A stretch of 64,000 nucleotides of DNA, taken from positions 215,314 to 279,313 of the forward strand of contig CAWETL010000003.1 of the NCBI GenBank assembly GCA_963812085.1, given 5' to 3'. The stretch comes from an uncultured Gemmatimonadales bacterium. Its GTDB lineage: Bacteria > Gemmatimonadota > Gemmatimonadetes > Gemmatimonadales > GWC2-71-9. Below the pieces are notes generated by a model. That model saw nothing but the letters and a program-made list of their open reading frames with translations. It searched no databases and was not told the origin of the DNA. A program made the position numbers and the translations under genes. Below are positions 46,886 through 54,928 of the stretch, piece after piece (within the stretch, counting starts at the first letter, position 1; every line of letters begins with the position of its first letter).

Positions 46886-48516
46886 AGCCGCTCGACTGGG
46901 GCGTGGTGGTCCTCTACCTCGCCGGCACGCTGGCGCTGGGGCTCTGGGTGGCGCGCCGCGGCGCCAGCAGCCTCACGGAGTTCTTCGTGGGCGGACGGGC
47001 CATCCCGTGGTGGCTTGCCGCCACCTCGATGGCGGCCACCACCTTCAACGTGGACACGCCGCTCTACGTGGCCGGACGCGTGGCGCGCGACGGCGTGGCC
47101 GGCAACTGGGAGTGGTGGTCCTTCGCGCTGATGCACGTGCTGGTGGCGGTGGTGCTGGCCAAGCTCTGGCGCCGGGCCCGGGTGCTCACCGACATGGAGT
47201 TCACCGAGCTCCGCTACGGCGGCCCGCCCGCCGCGGGGCTCCGCGCCTTCCGGTCGTTCGTCACCGCCGTCCCGCTCAACTGCATCAGCATCGGCTACGG
47301 CATGCTCGCCATGCGGAAGGTCGTCATCGCCCTCGGCGTCTTCGACGGCCTGCCGAATCTTCCCGGCGACGAGCGGCTCTGGGCCATCCTCCCCATCCTC
47401 GTGATCGTGGTGACCTATACCGCCGCCGCCGGGCTCTGGGGCGTGGTGGCCACCGACTTCCTCCAGTACATCCTGGCGATGGCCGGCGCCTTCCTGGTCA
47501 TGTTCTACGCCCTGCACGAGGTGGGCGGGCTCTCGGGGCTCACCGCCTCGCTCCGCGCCACCGGCCAGGGCGACAAGCTGGCGCTCCTTCCCACCTCGAA
47601 GGACGCCACGCTCCCGCTCAGCACCTTTGCGGGGTACCTGTTCGTCCAGTGGTGGGCCTTCCGGAACAGCGACGGCGGCGGGATGTACGTCCAGCGGATC
47701 TCTTCCACCGCCAACGAGCGGGAGGCCACCCGCGCGGCGCACCTCTTCAACATCCTCAACTACGTGGTGCGCACCTGGCCCTGGGTGCTGGTGGGGCTCG
47801 CGGCGCTCGTGGTGCTCCCGCACCTGGCCGACCCGGAGCTGGCCTACCCGATCATGATGGTGCGGTACCTCCCGACCGGCGTGCTGGGGCTGGTGTTCGC
47901 GAGCCTGCTCGCCGCGTTCATGTCCACCGTTTCGACCCAGGTCAACTGGGGGGCGAGTTACGTCGTCCACGACTTGTACGCACGGTTCTCGGGCGAACGG
48001 GACGAGCACAAACTCATGCGCTCCGCGCGCTGGGCCTCGATCGGCCTCGCGGTCCTGGCCGGCGTGCTCTCCTTCTTCATGGACAGCGTGGGCGCAGTGT
48101 TCCGTTTCCTGATCCTCATCGGGACCGGGCCGGGGCTGGTGCTGCTGCTGCGCTGGTTCTGGTGGCGGGTCAACGCCTGGGCGGAAATCGCGGCGATGGT
48201 GGCGGGGCTCCTGCTGGCGATCCTCGGCTCGACGCCGGCCTTCGCCGACTTCACCTTCGGCCAGCGGCTGATGCTCTCGGCGTTCGGCTCCATGGCGGTG
48301 TGGTTGCCGGTGATGTACCTGACGCCGCCGGAGAGCCCCGCGGTGCTCGACGCCTTCTACGCGCGGGTGCGTCCCGCCGGCGCCTGGGGCCCCGTGCGGG
48401 CGCGCACCGGCCTTACCGCCCTCGACGACGGGGTGCGGGATGCGCGGCGCTGGCTGCTGTGGTCGGTGGTGATCCTGGGGGGGACGTTGGGAATTGGGTG
48501 GGTGATTCTGGGGTGA
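46882..48516 (+). CDS. Sodium:solute symporter (SSS) family transporter
   Basis: GTG 46882 overlaps the nagZ stop. About 13 helices. FFVGGR...WWLAATSMAATTF N-terminal SSS pattern. Confidence 0.8.
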   Translation: MKPLDWGVVVLYLAGTLALGLWVARRGASSLTEFFVGGRAIPWWLAATSMAATTFNVDTPLYVAGRVARDGVAGNWEWWSFALMHVLVAVVLAKLWRRARVLTDMEFTELRYGGPPAAGLRAFRSFVTAVPLNCISIGYGMLAMRKVVIALGVFDGLPNLPGDERLWAILPILVIVVTYTAAAGLWGVVATDFLQYILAMAGAFLVMFYALHEVGGLSGLTASLRATGQGDKLALLPTSKDATLPLSTFAGYLFVQWWAFRNSDGGGMYVQRISSTANEREATRAAHLFNILNYVVRTWPWVLVGLAALVVLPHLADPELAYPIMMVRYLPTGVLGLVFASLLAAFMSTVSTQVNWGASYVVHDLYARFSGERDEHKLMRSARWASIGLAVLAGVLSFFMDSVGAVFRFLILIGTGPGLVLLLRWFWWRVNAWAEIAAMVAGLLLAILGSTPAFADFTFGQRLMLSAFGSMAVWLPVMYLTPPESPAVLDAFYARVRPAGAWGPVRARTGLTALDDGVRDARRWLLWSVVILGGTLGIGWVILG

Positions 48517-48528
48517 CTCGCCCGCGGC

Positions 48529-48702
48529 CGTCACCCCGGCGAAAGCCGACGTCACCCCGGTGAAAACCGCCCTCACCCCGGCGGAAGCCGACGTCACCCC
48601 GGCGGAAGCCGACGTCACCCCGGCGGAAGCCGACGTCACCCCGGCGGAAGCCGGGGTCCATGTGGTCCGATGAGTTGGACCCCGGCTTTCGCCGGGGTGA
48701 CG
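48529..48702. repeat. Family-A element: six tandem 21-nt left arms + loop + one right arm
   Basis: CGTCACCCCGG(C/T)G(A/G)AA(G/A)CCGA units at 48529, 48550, 48571, 48592, 48613 and 48634. Right arm TGGACCCCGGCTTTCGCCGGGGTGACGG ends at 48702. Confidence 0.9.
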
Positions 48703-48717
48703 GCGACTCCTCTTCAG

Positions 48718-48767
48718 CTACTGCAACTGATCCAGCAATTCCAGCGCAAACTGCACCGGCACCGCGT
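48718..48767 (-). pseudogene. Orphan copy of the 3' end of the FHA-protein gene
   Basis: 47/50 identical to 50164-50213. Encodes AVPVQFALELLDQLQ* and has no long ORF upstream. Confidence 0.75.
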
Positions 48768-48901
48768 GAGCGAGGGAGGGCGCGCGAGGCCTGGATGTGG
48801 CAAAGGGGTCCAGGGGGTGAGGCCAAAGCGAGGAGAGGAGCGCCGAGGCTCGACTGCCGGCCGCCCATCCCCGGGCGGTCGGCCAGCCGAGCCGCGGCGT
48901 G

Positions 48902-49306
48902 CTACTGCATCTGCAGTGCGAAGTTGATGGTCCCCGTGTAGTTCACGAGCGTGACACGAACCGTCCAGGAGCCGCCCGTTCCGGTGGGGGGCGTGATGTC
49001 GCCGCTGGCGGGCACGGCGCCATTGTAGATGACGGCGCCGAGGGCGTCCTTGATGTTGAGGGTGATCGTCCCGGCCGTCGTGGCCGTCGCGGGGTGGATG
49101 ACGATCTTCCCGGAGGAGACGCTCCAGGTGTAGTTGACGATGTCGCTGACATCCTTCAGCCCGGTCGCCTGGAAGCTGAAGGCGACGTTGGGCGTGTTCA
49201 CGACCTGCGGCTGGTACTGCGGGCCCAGCGCGCTGTCGCTGCTGCAGGCCGCCGTCATTACCGCGAGCCCCAGGGTGGCCAGGGTGACCCGATAACTCAT
49301 TCGCAT
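48902..49306 (-). CDS. Small lipoprotein (134 aa), lower GC than its surroundings
   Basis: Lipobox LAVMTAAC. Beta-rich Thr/Val/Asn sequence. No family recognised. Confidence 0.55.
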   Translation of the reverse strand: MRMSYRVTLATLGLAVMTAACSSDSALGPQYQPQVVNTPNVAFSFQATGLKDVSDIVNYTWSVSSGKIVIHPATATTAGTITLNIKDALGAVIYNGAVPASGDITPPTGTGGSWTVRVTLVNYTGTINFALQMQ

Positions 49307-49600
49307 GATACGGTCCTCCGTTCGTGGGTGAGATCCGCCAGGCCGCGAACCTCACTTCGCGGGCGGTCGTGCCCGTCCAAATGGCAATCACCGGACCGAC
49401 TAGGACGGCAGGGGGGCCCATCGTGGGAACTGGCTGTCGGCTATGGGTTTGCACGAACCTACCTGCCAGTCTGGCCGAGTCGAAAACCAGTCGACCAGCA
49501 TCGATTCGATACAGGCCCTTCATTTCGATGCACGCTCTCGGTCAAGCGGCGGATCGGTCGGCGGCCGACCACGGCGCGCGGGATCGGCGGAGCGGCGGCC

Positions 49601-49657
49601 GTGGTCGGTGGCTATCAGGGGCGGACGTTGGCGAATGGATGGAAGATTCTGGCGTGA
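49601..49657 (+). pseudogene. Degenerate copy of the 3' end of the SSS transporter gene
   Basis: Collinear with 48459-48516 at a constant 1141-nt offset, including the stop codon. ...RTLANGWKILA* versus ...GTLGIGWVILG*. Confidence 0.6.
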
Positions 49658-49669
49658 CTCGCCCACCGA

Positions 49670-49770
49670 CGTCACCCCGGTGAAAGCCGACGTCACCCCG
49701 GTGAGAGCCGACGTCACCCCGGTGCGGCCGACGTCACCCCGGCGAGCGCGACGTCATCCCCGGCGGCACC
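49670..49770. repeat. Family-A left-arm array (five 20-21-nt units, no right arm)
   Basis: CGTCACCCCGGTGAAAGCCGA and variants at 49670, 49691, 49712, 49732 and 49752. Confidence 0.85.
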
Positions 49771-49817
49771 AAGCTCGGGCCGACCGTGGTTGGCCACACC
49801 ATCGGAATCACGCACAT

Positions 49818-50160
49818 CGTCCCCCCTCTCCACTGGTGGAGAGGGGACGGGGGTGAGGACTGCGCGAGAGAGAAGGACCGGGGGTGACGGCGTGCGTCGC
49901 TGGTCGGGGTGACGGCTCTCTGGTGGGGTGACGGCTGCTCTGGTGGGGTGACGACGTCTCTGGTCGGGGCTGACGGCTCTCCACATGGTGGAGAGGGGGA
50001 CGGGGGTGAGGACTGCGCGAGAGAGAAGGACCGGGGGTGAGGCGAACGCGTGCGGGTCGCTCGGTCGGTAGCTGCTTACACGTCCCCCCTCTCCACATGG
50101 TGGAGAGGGGGACAGGGGGTGAGGACTGCGCGAGAGAGGGGACAGGGGGTGTGGACTGCG
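49818..50160. repeat. Three family-C units (CCTCTCCAC..GTGGAGAGG + GGGGTGAGGACTGCGCGAGAGAG...) plus an 18-19-nt micro-array
   Basis: Units at 49818-49890, 49977-50042 and 50081-50160. Between the first two, four CTGGT(C/G)GGG(G/C)TGACG(G/A)C repeats (49891-49977). Confidence 0.8.
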
Positions 50161-50163
50161 GTG

Positions 50164-51576
50164 CTACTGCAGCTGATCCAGCAGCTCCAGCGCAAACTGC
50201 ACCGGCACCGCGTCGTACTGCCGGCCGCCCGCCGCGGGGGTCGCGGAGGAGATCATCCCCGCCACCGAGCCGTCGGGCGCGATGACCGGGGTCCCCGGCG
50301 AGAGCACCGAGCCCCATCCGTCGATCATCAGGAAACCCTTCGACACCTTCACGGCGGTGCCGGTCACGGCCACCGGCCTGAGGGTCGACTTCTTCCAGTC
50401 GCCGTTGGGCGGAAGCTCCACCGGCGGCGGATAGCCCACCACCGACACCGGCTCACCCTGGCCGACCGGCGGCTCCTTGTAGCCCAGCGCCGGCACGATC
50501 GGCACGCCGCCCTTCTGCTGCAGCCGGAGGAGCGCCACGTCTTCCTTGCTGTGGAGCGCGAGGATCCGCGCCGGCAGCGGTTGCGCCGCGCCGGGGAATA
50601 CCACGATCACGCTGACGGCCTGCTCGCCGGCGGCGTTGACCAGCGCCGCCTTCGTCGTCAGGAGCACCCCGCCGGTTCCGTCCCGCCGCACGGCGAATCC
50701 CGTCGTCTGGGTGCTGCTCCCGTCGGCGAACTGCGCCACCACCAGCCCCACTGCCGCCTGGCTCGGCGCCGCGATGGCGACCGGGTCGAACCGGCCGGCC
50801 GCCGCTACCTCCTCTGCCCGGGCGATGGCCGAGTCGAGGCCGGTCAGCACCGGCGCAGCGGCGTCGGGATCTCGGCCCACCTGCTGAAGCGTCGCGCGGA
50901 GGCGGCCGGCGTCGGCGCGGGCGGAGTCCAGCGCGCCGCGCATGGCGGGGGCGCTCACCGCGACGCCCTGTACGGTGGCCATCAGGCTGTCGGCCCGGTC
51001 GAGATTGAACTTGAGCGCCGCCGCCTCGGCCTGCCGGGTGGTGTACATCCGCCAGCCGATCGTGGCGGCCGTCGCGAGCACCAGCCCCGCCGCGACCAGG
51101 ACGACCCGCCGGATCAGCAGCTTCCGCCGCTCCGCCTTGGCGGCTTCGTGTGCGGCGCGTGCGGCCTCCGCGTCCTCGAGCACCTTGGTGAGTTCCGCGG
51201 AGCTGATGCGCGGCACCGGCATGTCCACGTGGGTCGCGGCGAGGCTCGGCACGGCGAGGGGGCCTTCGTCGGAGAGCTGGAACTGCAGCTCCGGTCCCGA
51301 GGCGCCGAGCCGGATGACGTCGCCGTCGGCGATCGGGTGGGCGCCGGACACCTGGTTGCCGTTCACGAAGGTACCGTGCACGCTGCCGAGGTCCCGGATG
51401 GTGTAACCGTCGTCCACCCGCTGGATCACGGCGTGCCGGGTGGAGACTTCCGTGTCGTGGTCGGGATCGAGCCGCACCGCGCAGGTGGGGTGACGGCCGA
51501 TGCTGGTCATCGGGCCGGTGAGCTTCTCGACGGCGCCGGCACGACCGCCGGAGATGATGGCGAGCCGCGGGTTCAT
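50164..51576 (-). CDS. FHA domain - transmembrane - trypsin-fold (probably inactive) domain protein
   Basis: N-terminal FHA pattern (IGRHP...VSTRHAVI...IRDLGSVHGTFVNG), helix VVLVAAGLVLATAATIGW, and a C-terminal S1-like pattern (TTGFAV...DVALLRL...). Confidence 0.7.
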   Translation of the reverse strand: MNPRLAIISGGRAGAVEKLTGPMTSIGRHPTCAVRLDPDHDTEVSTRHAVIQRVDDGYTIRDLGSVHGTFVNGNQVSGAHPIADGDVIRLGASGPELQFQLSDEGPLAVPSLAATHVDMPVPRISSAELTKVLEDAEAARAAHEAAKAERRKLLIRRVVLVAAGLVLATAATIGWRMYTTRQAEAAALKFNLDRADSLMATVQGVAVSAPAMRGALDSARADAGRLRATLQQVGRDPDAAAPVLTGLDSAIARAEEVAAAGRFDPVAIAAPSQAAVGLVVAQFADGSSTQTTGFAVRRDGTGGVLLTTKAALVNAAGEQAVSVIVVFPGAAQPLPARILALHSKEDVALLRLQQKGGVPIVPALGYKEPPVGQGEPVSVVGYPPPVELPPNGDWKKSTLRPVAVTGTAVKVSKGFLMIDGWGSVLSPGTPVIAPDGSVAGMISSATPAAGGRQYDAVPVQFALELLDQLQ

Positions 51577-52625
51577 CGGCGGAGCAGGAAGTAGAGAAGG
51601 ACCGCGACGAACATGATGATGACGGTGATCTTCCCGACCGGCGGGCGGGGGCGCACCGGGACGGGGACGGGGACGGGTGCGCTGCGCGCGACCGACCTGA
51701 TTTCCCCGGTGCGGAATCCGGTGGAGGTGTTCTCCTCCATCGGCGTGTCGCCCGGAAGCGCGAACACATGGTAGCCCGGCTCCTGCGCGGTGGCCTCCGG
51801 TTCCTGCAGCCCCGCGCCCTCGAAGCGCGCCGCCACCACGGTGATGTTGTCGGGGCCGCCGCGGCCGTTGGCCAGGTCGATGAGCGCGCTGCAGAGCTGG
51901 TCGAGGTCGGTCAGGCGGACGGCGTGCTCGGCGAACTCCTCGCGCTTGACCTGCCCGCTCAATCCGTCGGAGCAGAGGATGAGGAGGTCGCCGCGGCGGA
52001 GTTCCTCGTAGGTCAGGTCCACCCGCACCTGCGGCTCGGGACCGAGCGCCTGGAGGATGATGTTCCGCCGCTCGCTCTTTTCGGCCTCCTCCTCGGTGAG
52101 TTCGCCGGCGTCCACCAGCCGCTGGGTGAGCGACTGGTCCTTGGTGAGCTGGGTGGCCTGCCCCCGGCGCACGAGGTAGGCCCGGCTGTCGCCGATCTGG
52201 GCGAGGTAGAGATCGTGGCCGAAGACGCCCGCCACCGTCACCGTCGTTCCCATGCCCCGGACGTCGGGGTGCTCGATGGCATAGGTATGGATCCGCCGGT
52301 TGGCCTCCTCCACCGCCTCCCGCACCCGGAAGGCGAACTGCTGCGGCGTCGCGGCGTGGTCCTGGCTCCAGGTCGTGCGGAGGTGGTCGTAGATCGCCTC
52401 GCTGGCGAGCGCGCTGGCCACCTCGCCCGCCGCGGCGCCGCCCATCCCGTCGGCCACCATGAACAGCGAGCCGCGCGGCCCCACCGGGTGCGCGTCCCGC
52501 GCCGGCGACAGGCTGGCGTCGCCGGTGCTCAGGTCGGCCACGAGGAAGGTGTCCTCGTTATGGTCGCGGGTGCGGCCCAGGTCGGTCTTGCCGGCCACGG
52601 TCACCAGGACGGGAGGCAGAGTCAC
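51573..52625 (-). CDS. PP2C-family Ser/Thr phosphatase with a C-terminal membrane anchor
   Basis: GRTRDHNEDTF, MVADGMGG, CSDGLSG and GGPDNITVV motifs. Stop overlaps the FHA gene start. Confidence 0.9.
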   Translation of the reverse strand: MTLPPVLVTVAGKTDLGRTRDHNEDTFLVADLSTGDASLSPARDAHPVGPRGSLFMVADGMGGAAAGEVASALASEAIYDHLRTTWSQDHAATPQQFAFRVREAVEEANRRIHTYAIEHPDVRGMGTTVTVAGVFGHDLYLAQIGDSRAYLVRRGQATQLTKDQSLTQRLVDAGELTEEEAEKSERRNIILQALGPEPQVRVDLTYEELRRGDLLILCSDGLSGQVKREEFAEHAVRLTDLDQLCSALIDLANGRGGPDNITVVAARFEGAGLQEPEATAQEPGYHVFALPGDTPMEENTSTGFRTGEIRSVARSAPVPVPVPVRPRPPVGKITVIIMFVAVLLYFLLRR

Positions 52626-52777
52626 GATTCCGAGTGGTGAAAGGCCCGGCGGGCGACGCGGAATGGCACGTTGGTGGCGCTCCGGACCGAAGTGGTGGGG
52701 GGACGGCGGAATCTAGGTCGCCCCCGAAGGGAGGTCAATCTTGTCGTAACTCGTGTTTTGGGAGTACCTTCCGCCCC

Positions 52778-54778
52778 ATGATCCGCCGCCTCGCCGCGCT
52801 CCTCATGATCCTCGTTGCAATGGCCGCGCCAGTTGCCGCGCAACAGGGCAAGCCCGCGACCAAGCCGAAACCCAAGGCCGCCGCCGCCAAGCGGCCGCCC
52901 AAGCCGCTCGATCCCAACACCGGACGCCTGCCGCCGATCGCCAGGGTGACGGGGCCGATCAAGCTCAATGTGGTGTATCCGGCGCCGACCGACGTGGTGG
53001 ACGCCGGCGCCACCTCTTTCCTCCTCGGCAGCACCGGCACCGGCGACGCGCGGCTCACCATCAACGGCGACACGGTGCACGTCTGGCCCAACGGCGCCTT
53101 CGTGGCGTGGGTGCCGTTCCCGAACGACACCGTCATCGACTTCAAGCTGGTGGCCTTCCGGCCCAGCGGCCAGAAGGACTCGCTGGTCTACCCGGTGCGC
53201 CGAGCGGTCCGCGCCGAGCCGCCCACCGGGCCGCTCTGGATCGACACCCTCTCCATGCGGCCCCGGGGACGCGTCTGGTGGCCCGACAACGAGTACCTCC
53301 CGCTCTCGGTGCGCGCCGCCGAGGGGTCGGAGGTCCGCCTGTTATTGCCTGACGGATCAGCGGTCCCGCTGGTTGCGTCGCTCGGGTACGACGAGGTGCC
53401 GTGGGGCGTCCGCGCCTTCGACCGCGACACTGCCAACCTCGACCGGCCGGTAAAGGCCGACCGCTACGTGGGCTTGCTCCGCGGCCGCGCCATCGGCGCC
53501 GATCCCGGCCCCCTCCTCGGCGCGGAGCCGCGGGCGACGGGATGCCCGCGCTGCCGCCGGGCGGCCGCCGCCGCCGACACCGGGGGCGTCATCATCGAGG
53601 CCATCAAGGGAGCCGACACGGTGCGGGCCCGCTGGCCGCTCCGGGTGGCGTTGCTCGACAGCCTGCCGTCGGTCATCGAGCTGGACGACGACACGGCGCG
53701 GGTCGGCAACACCGACCGGCTCAGCGTCGGGCGGGCCACGCCGGGCGCGACCTACAACTGGTTCTTCCCGAACGGCACCCGCGCCAACGTCTCCGGCCGC
53801 CTCAACGGCGACCTGCGGCTCCAGCTCTCGGCCACCTCGGTGGCGTGGGTCGGCGTGGCCGACGCGCATCCGCTCCCGGTGTTCACGCCGCCCCTCGCCG
53901 CCACCGTCGGCTCGGTGGTGCTGAGCTCGGCGCCCCAGAGCGCCACGCTCCGGATCCCGCTCAACATGCGGGTGCCCTTCCAGGTCACCGAGGAGGAGTC
54001 GTCGATCACGGTGCGGATCTACTCCGCCACCGGGAACGTGGACTGGATGCGCTACGGCGGCGGCGATTCGCTGGTGAAGCGGATGACCTGGGCCCAGCCC
54101 ACGGCGGACGAGGTCACCATCACGCTCGACCTGGCCAAGCCGGTCTGGGGCTACCGGACCCGCTGGGACCGGAGCGACCTGCTGCTGGAAGTCCGGCGGC
54201 CGCCGGCCATCGACAAGCTGCACCCGCTCAAGGGGCTCCGGATCGTGGTGGACGCCGGACATCCGCCGGGCGGCGCCACCGGCCCGACCGGGTATCGCGA
54301 AGCCGAGGCCAACCTGGCCGTGGCGCTGGAGCTCCGGACGCTGCTCGAGAAGGGCGGGGCGCAGGTCATCATGACCCGCACCGCCGACGTGCCGGTTTCG
54401 CTCGCCTCGCGGCCCATCTTTGCCGACAGCGTCAACGCCGACCTCCTGATCTCGATCCACAACAACGCCCTGCCAGACGGGGTGAACCCCTTTACCAACA
54501 GCGGCACCAGCGTCTTCTACAACCAGCCCCGGAGCGCCCCGCTGGCGCGGGCCGCCGACGCCGCGCTGGTCCAGCGGCTGGGCCTTCGGGACTTGGGCGT
54601 GGGCCGGGGCGACCTGGCCCTGGTCCGCCCCACCTGGATGCCGTCCATCCTGACCGAGGGGATGTTCATGGCGATCCCGGAGCAGGAGGCCGCGCTGCGG
54701 CTGCCGGTGGGACAAAAGATGTACGCGGCGGGGGTCTACGCGGGGATCGTCGGGTATCTGAACGCGGTAGGGAAATAG
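52778..54778 (+). CDS. N-acetylmuramoyl-L-alanine amidase (Amidase_3) with a large N-terminal domain of unknown function
   Basis: Signal peptide at ATG 52778. C-terminal IVVDAGHPPGG...REAEANL...ADLLISIHNNA...SGTSVFY blocks. Confidence 0.8.
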   Translation: MIRRLAALLMILVAMAAPVAAQQGKPATKPKPKAAAAKRPPKPLDPNTGRLPPIARVTGPIKLNVVYPAPTDVVDAGATSFLLGSTGTGDARLTINGDTVHVWPNGAFVAWVPFPNDTVIDFKLVAFRPSGQKDSLVYPVRRAVRAEPPTGPLWIDTLSMRPRGRVWWPDNEYLPLSVRAAEGSEVRLLLPDGSAVPLVASLGYDEVPWGVRAFDRDTANLDRPVKADRYVGLLRGRAIGADPGPLLGAEPRATGCPRCRRAAAAADTGGVIIEAIKGADTVRARWPLRVALLDSLPSVIELDDDTARVGNTDRLSVGRATPGATYNWFFPNGTRANVSGRLNGDLRLQLSATSVAWVGVADAHPLPVFTPPLAATVGSVVLSSAPQSATLRIPLNMRVPFQVTEEESSITVRIYSATGNVDWMRYGGGDSLVKRMTWAQPTADEVTITLDLAKPVWGYRTRWDRSDLLLEVRRPPAIDKLHPLKGLRIVVDAGHPPGGATGPTGYREAEANLAVALELRTLLEKGGAQVIMTRTADVPVSLASRPIFADSVNADLLISIHNNALPDGVNPFTNSGTSVFYNQPRSAPLARAADAALVQRLGLRDLGVGRGDLALVRPTWMPSILTEGMFMAIPEQEAALRLPVGQKMYAAGVYAGIVGYLNAVGK

Positions 54779-54804
54779 GCGGGGAAGCGGGGAAGTAGCA
54801 GCCG

Positions 54805-54866
54805 CGTCATTCCGGCGAAAGCCGGAATCCAGTGCAGATGGACCCCGGCTTGCGCCGGGGTGACGG
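54805..54866. repeat. Family-A palindromic element (1+1 arms)
   Basis: CGTCATTCCGGCGAAAGCCGGAATCCAG-TGCAGA-TGGACCCCGGCTTGCGCCGGGGTGACGG. Confidence 0.85.
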
Positions 54867-54928
54867 ACGGTGTGAATACTCCAGCCGCTCGGGCGTCTCC
54901 TCCACGAGACCTCCCAACGCTTAGGCTC

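Noticed and set aside
48529-48661. Regularly spaced 21-nt repeats resembling a CRISPR array (also 49670-49770 and 60021-60240).
   Set aside because: The units are directly abutting with no spacers, are shorter than typical CRISPR repeats, belong to the arms of a palindromic element, and no cas genes are nearby.
48413-48868. ORF (minus strand) translating the 21-nt array as a heptad-repeat protein (GDVGFRR)n.
   Set aside because: The periodicity is a by-product of the 21-nt DNA repeat. The ORF overlaps the SSS gene end and has no plausible start context.
48899-49657. 252-aa plus-strand ORF covering the lipoprotein locus.
   Set aside because: It is antisense to a better-supported lipoprotein gene (lipobox, compact size). 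Its C-terminus is merely the degenerate copy of the SSS gene end.
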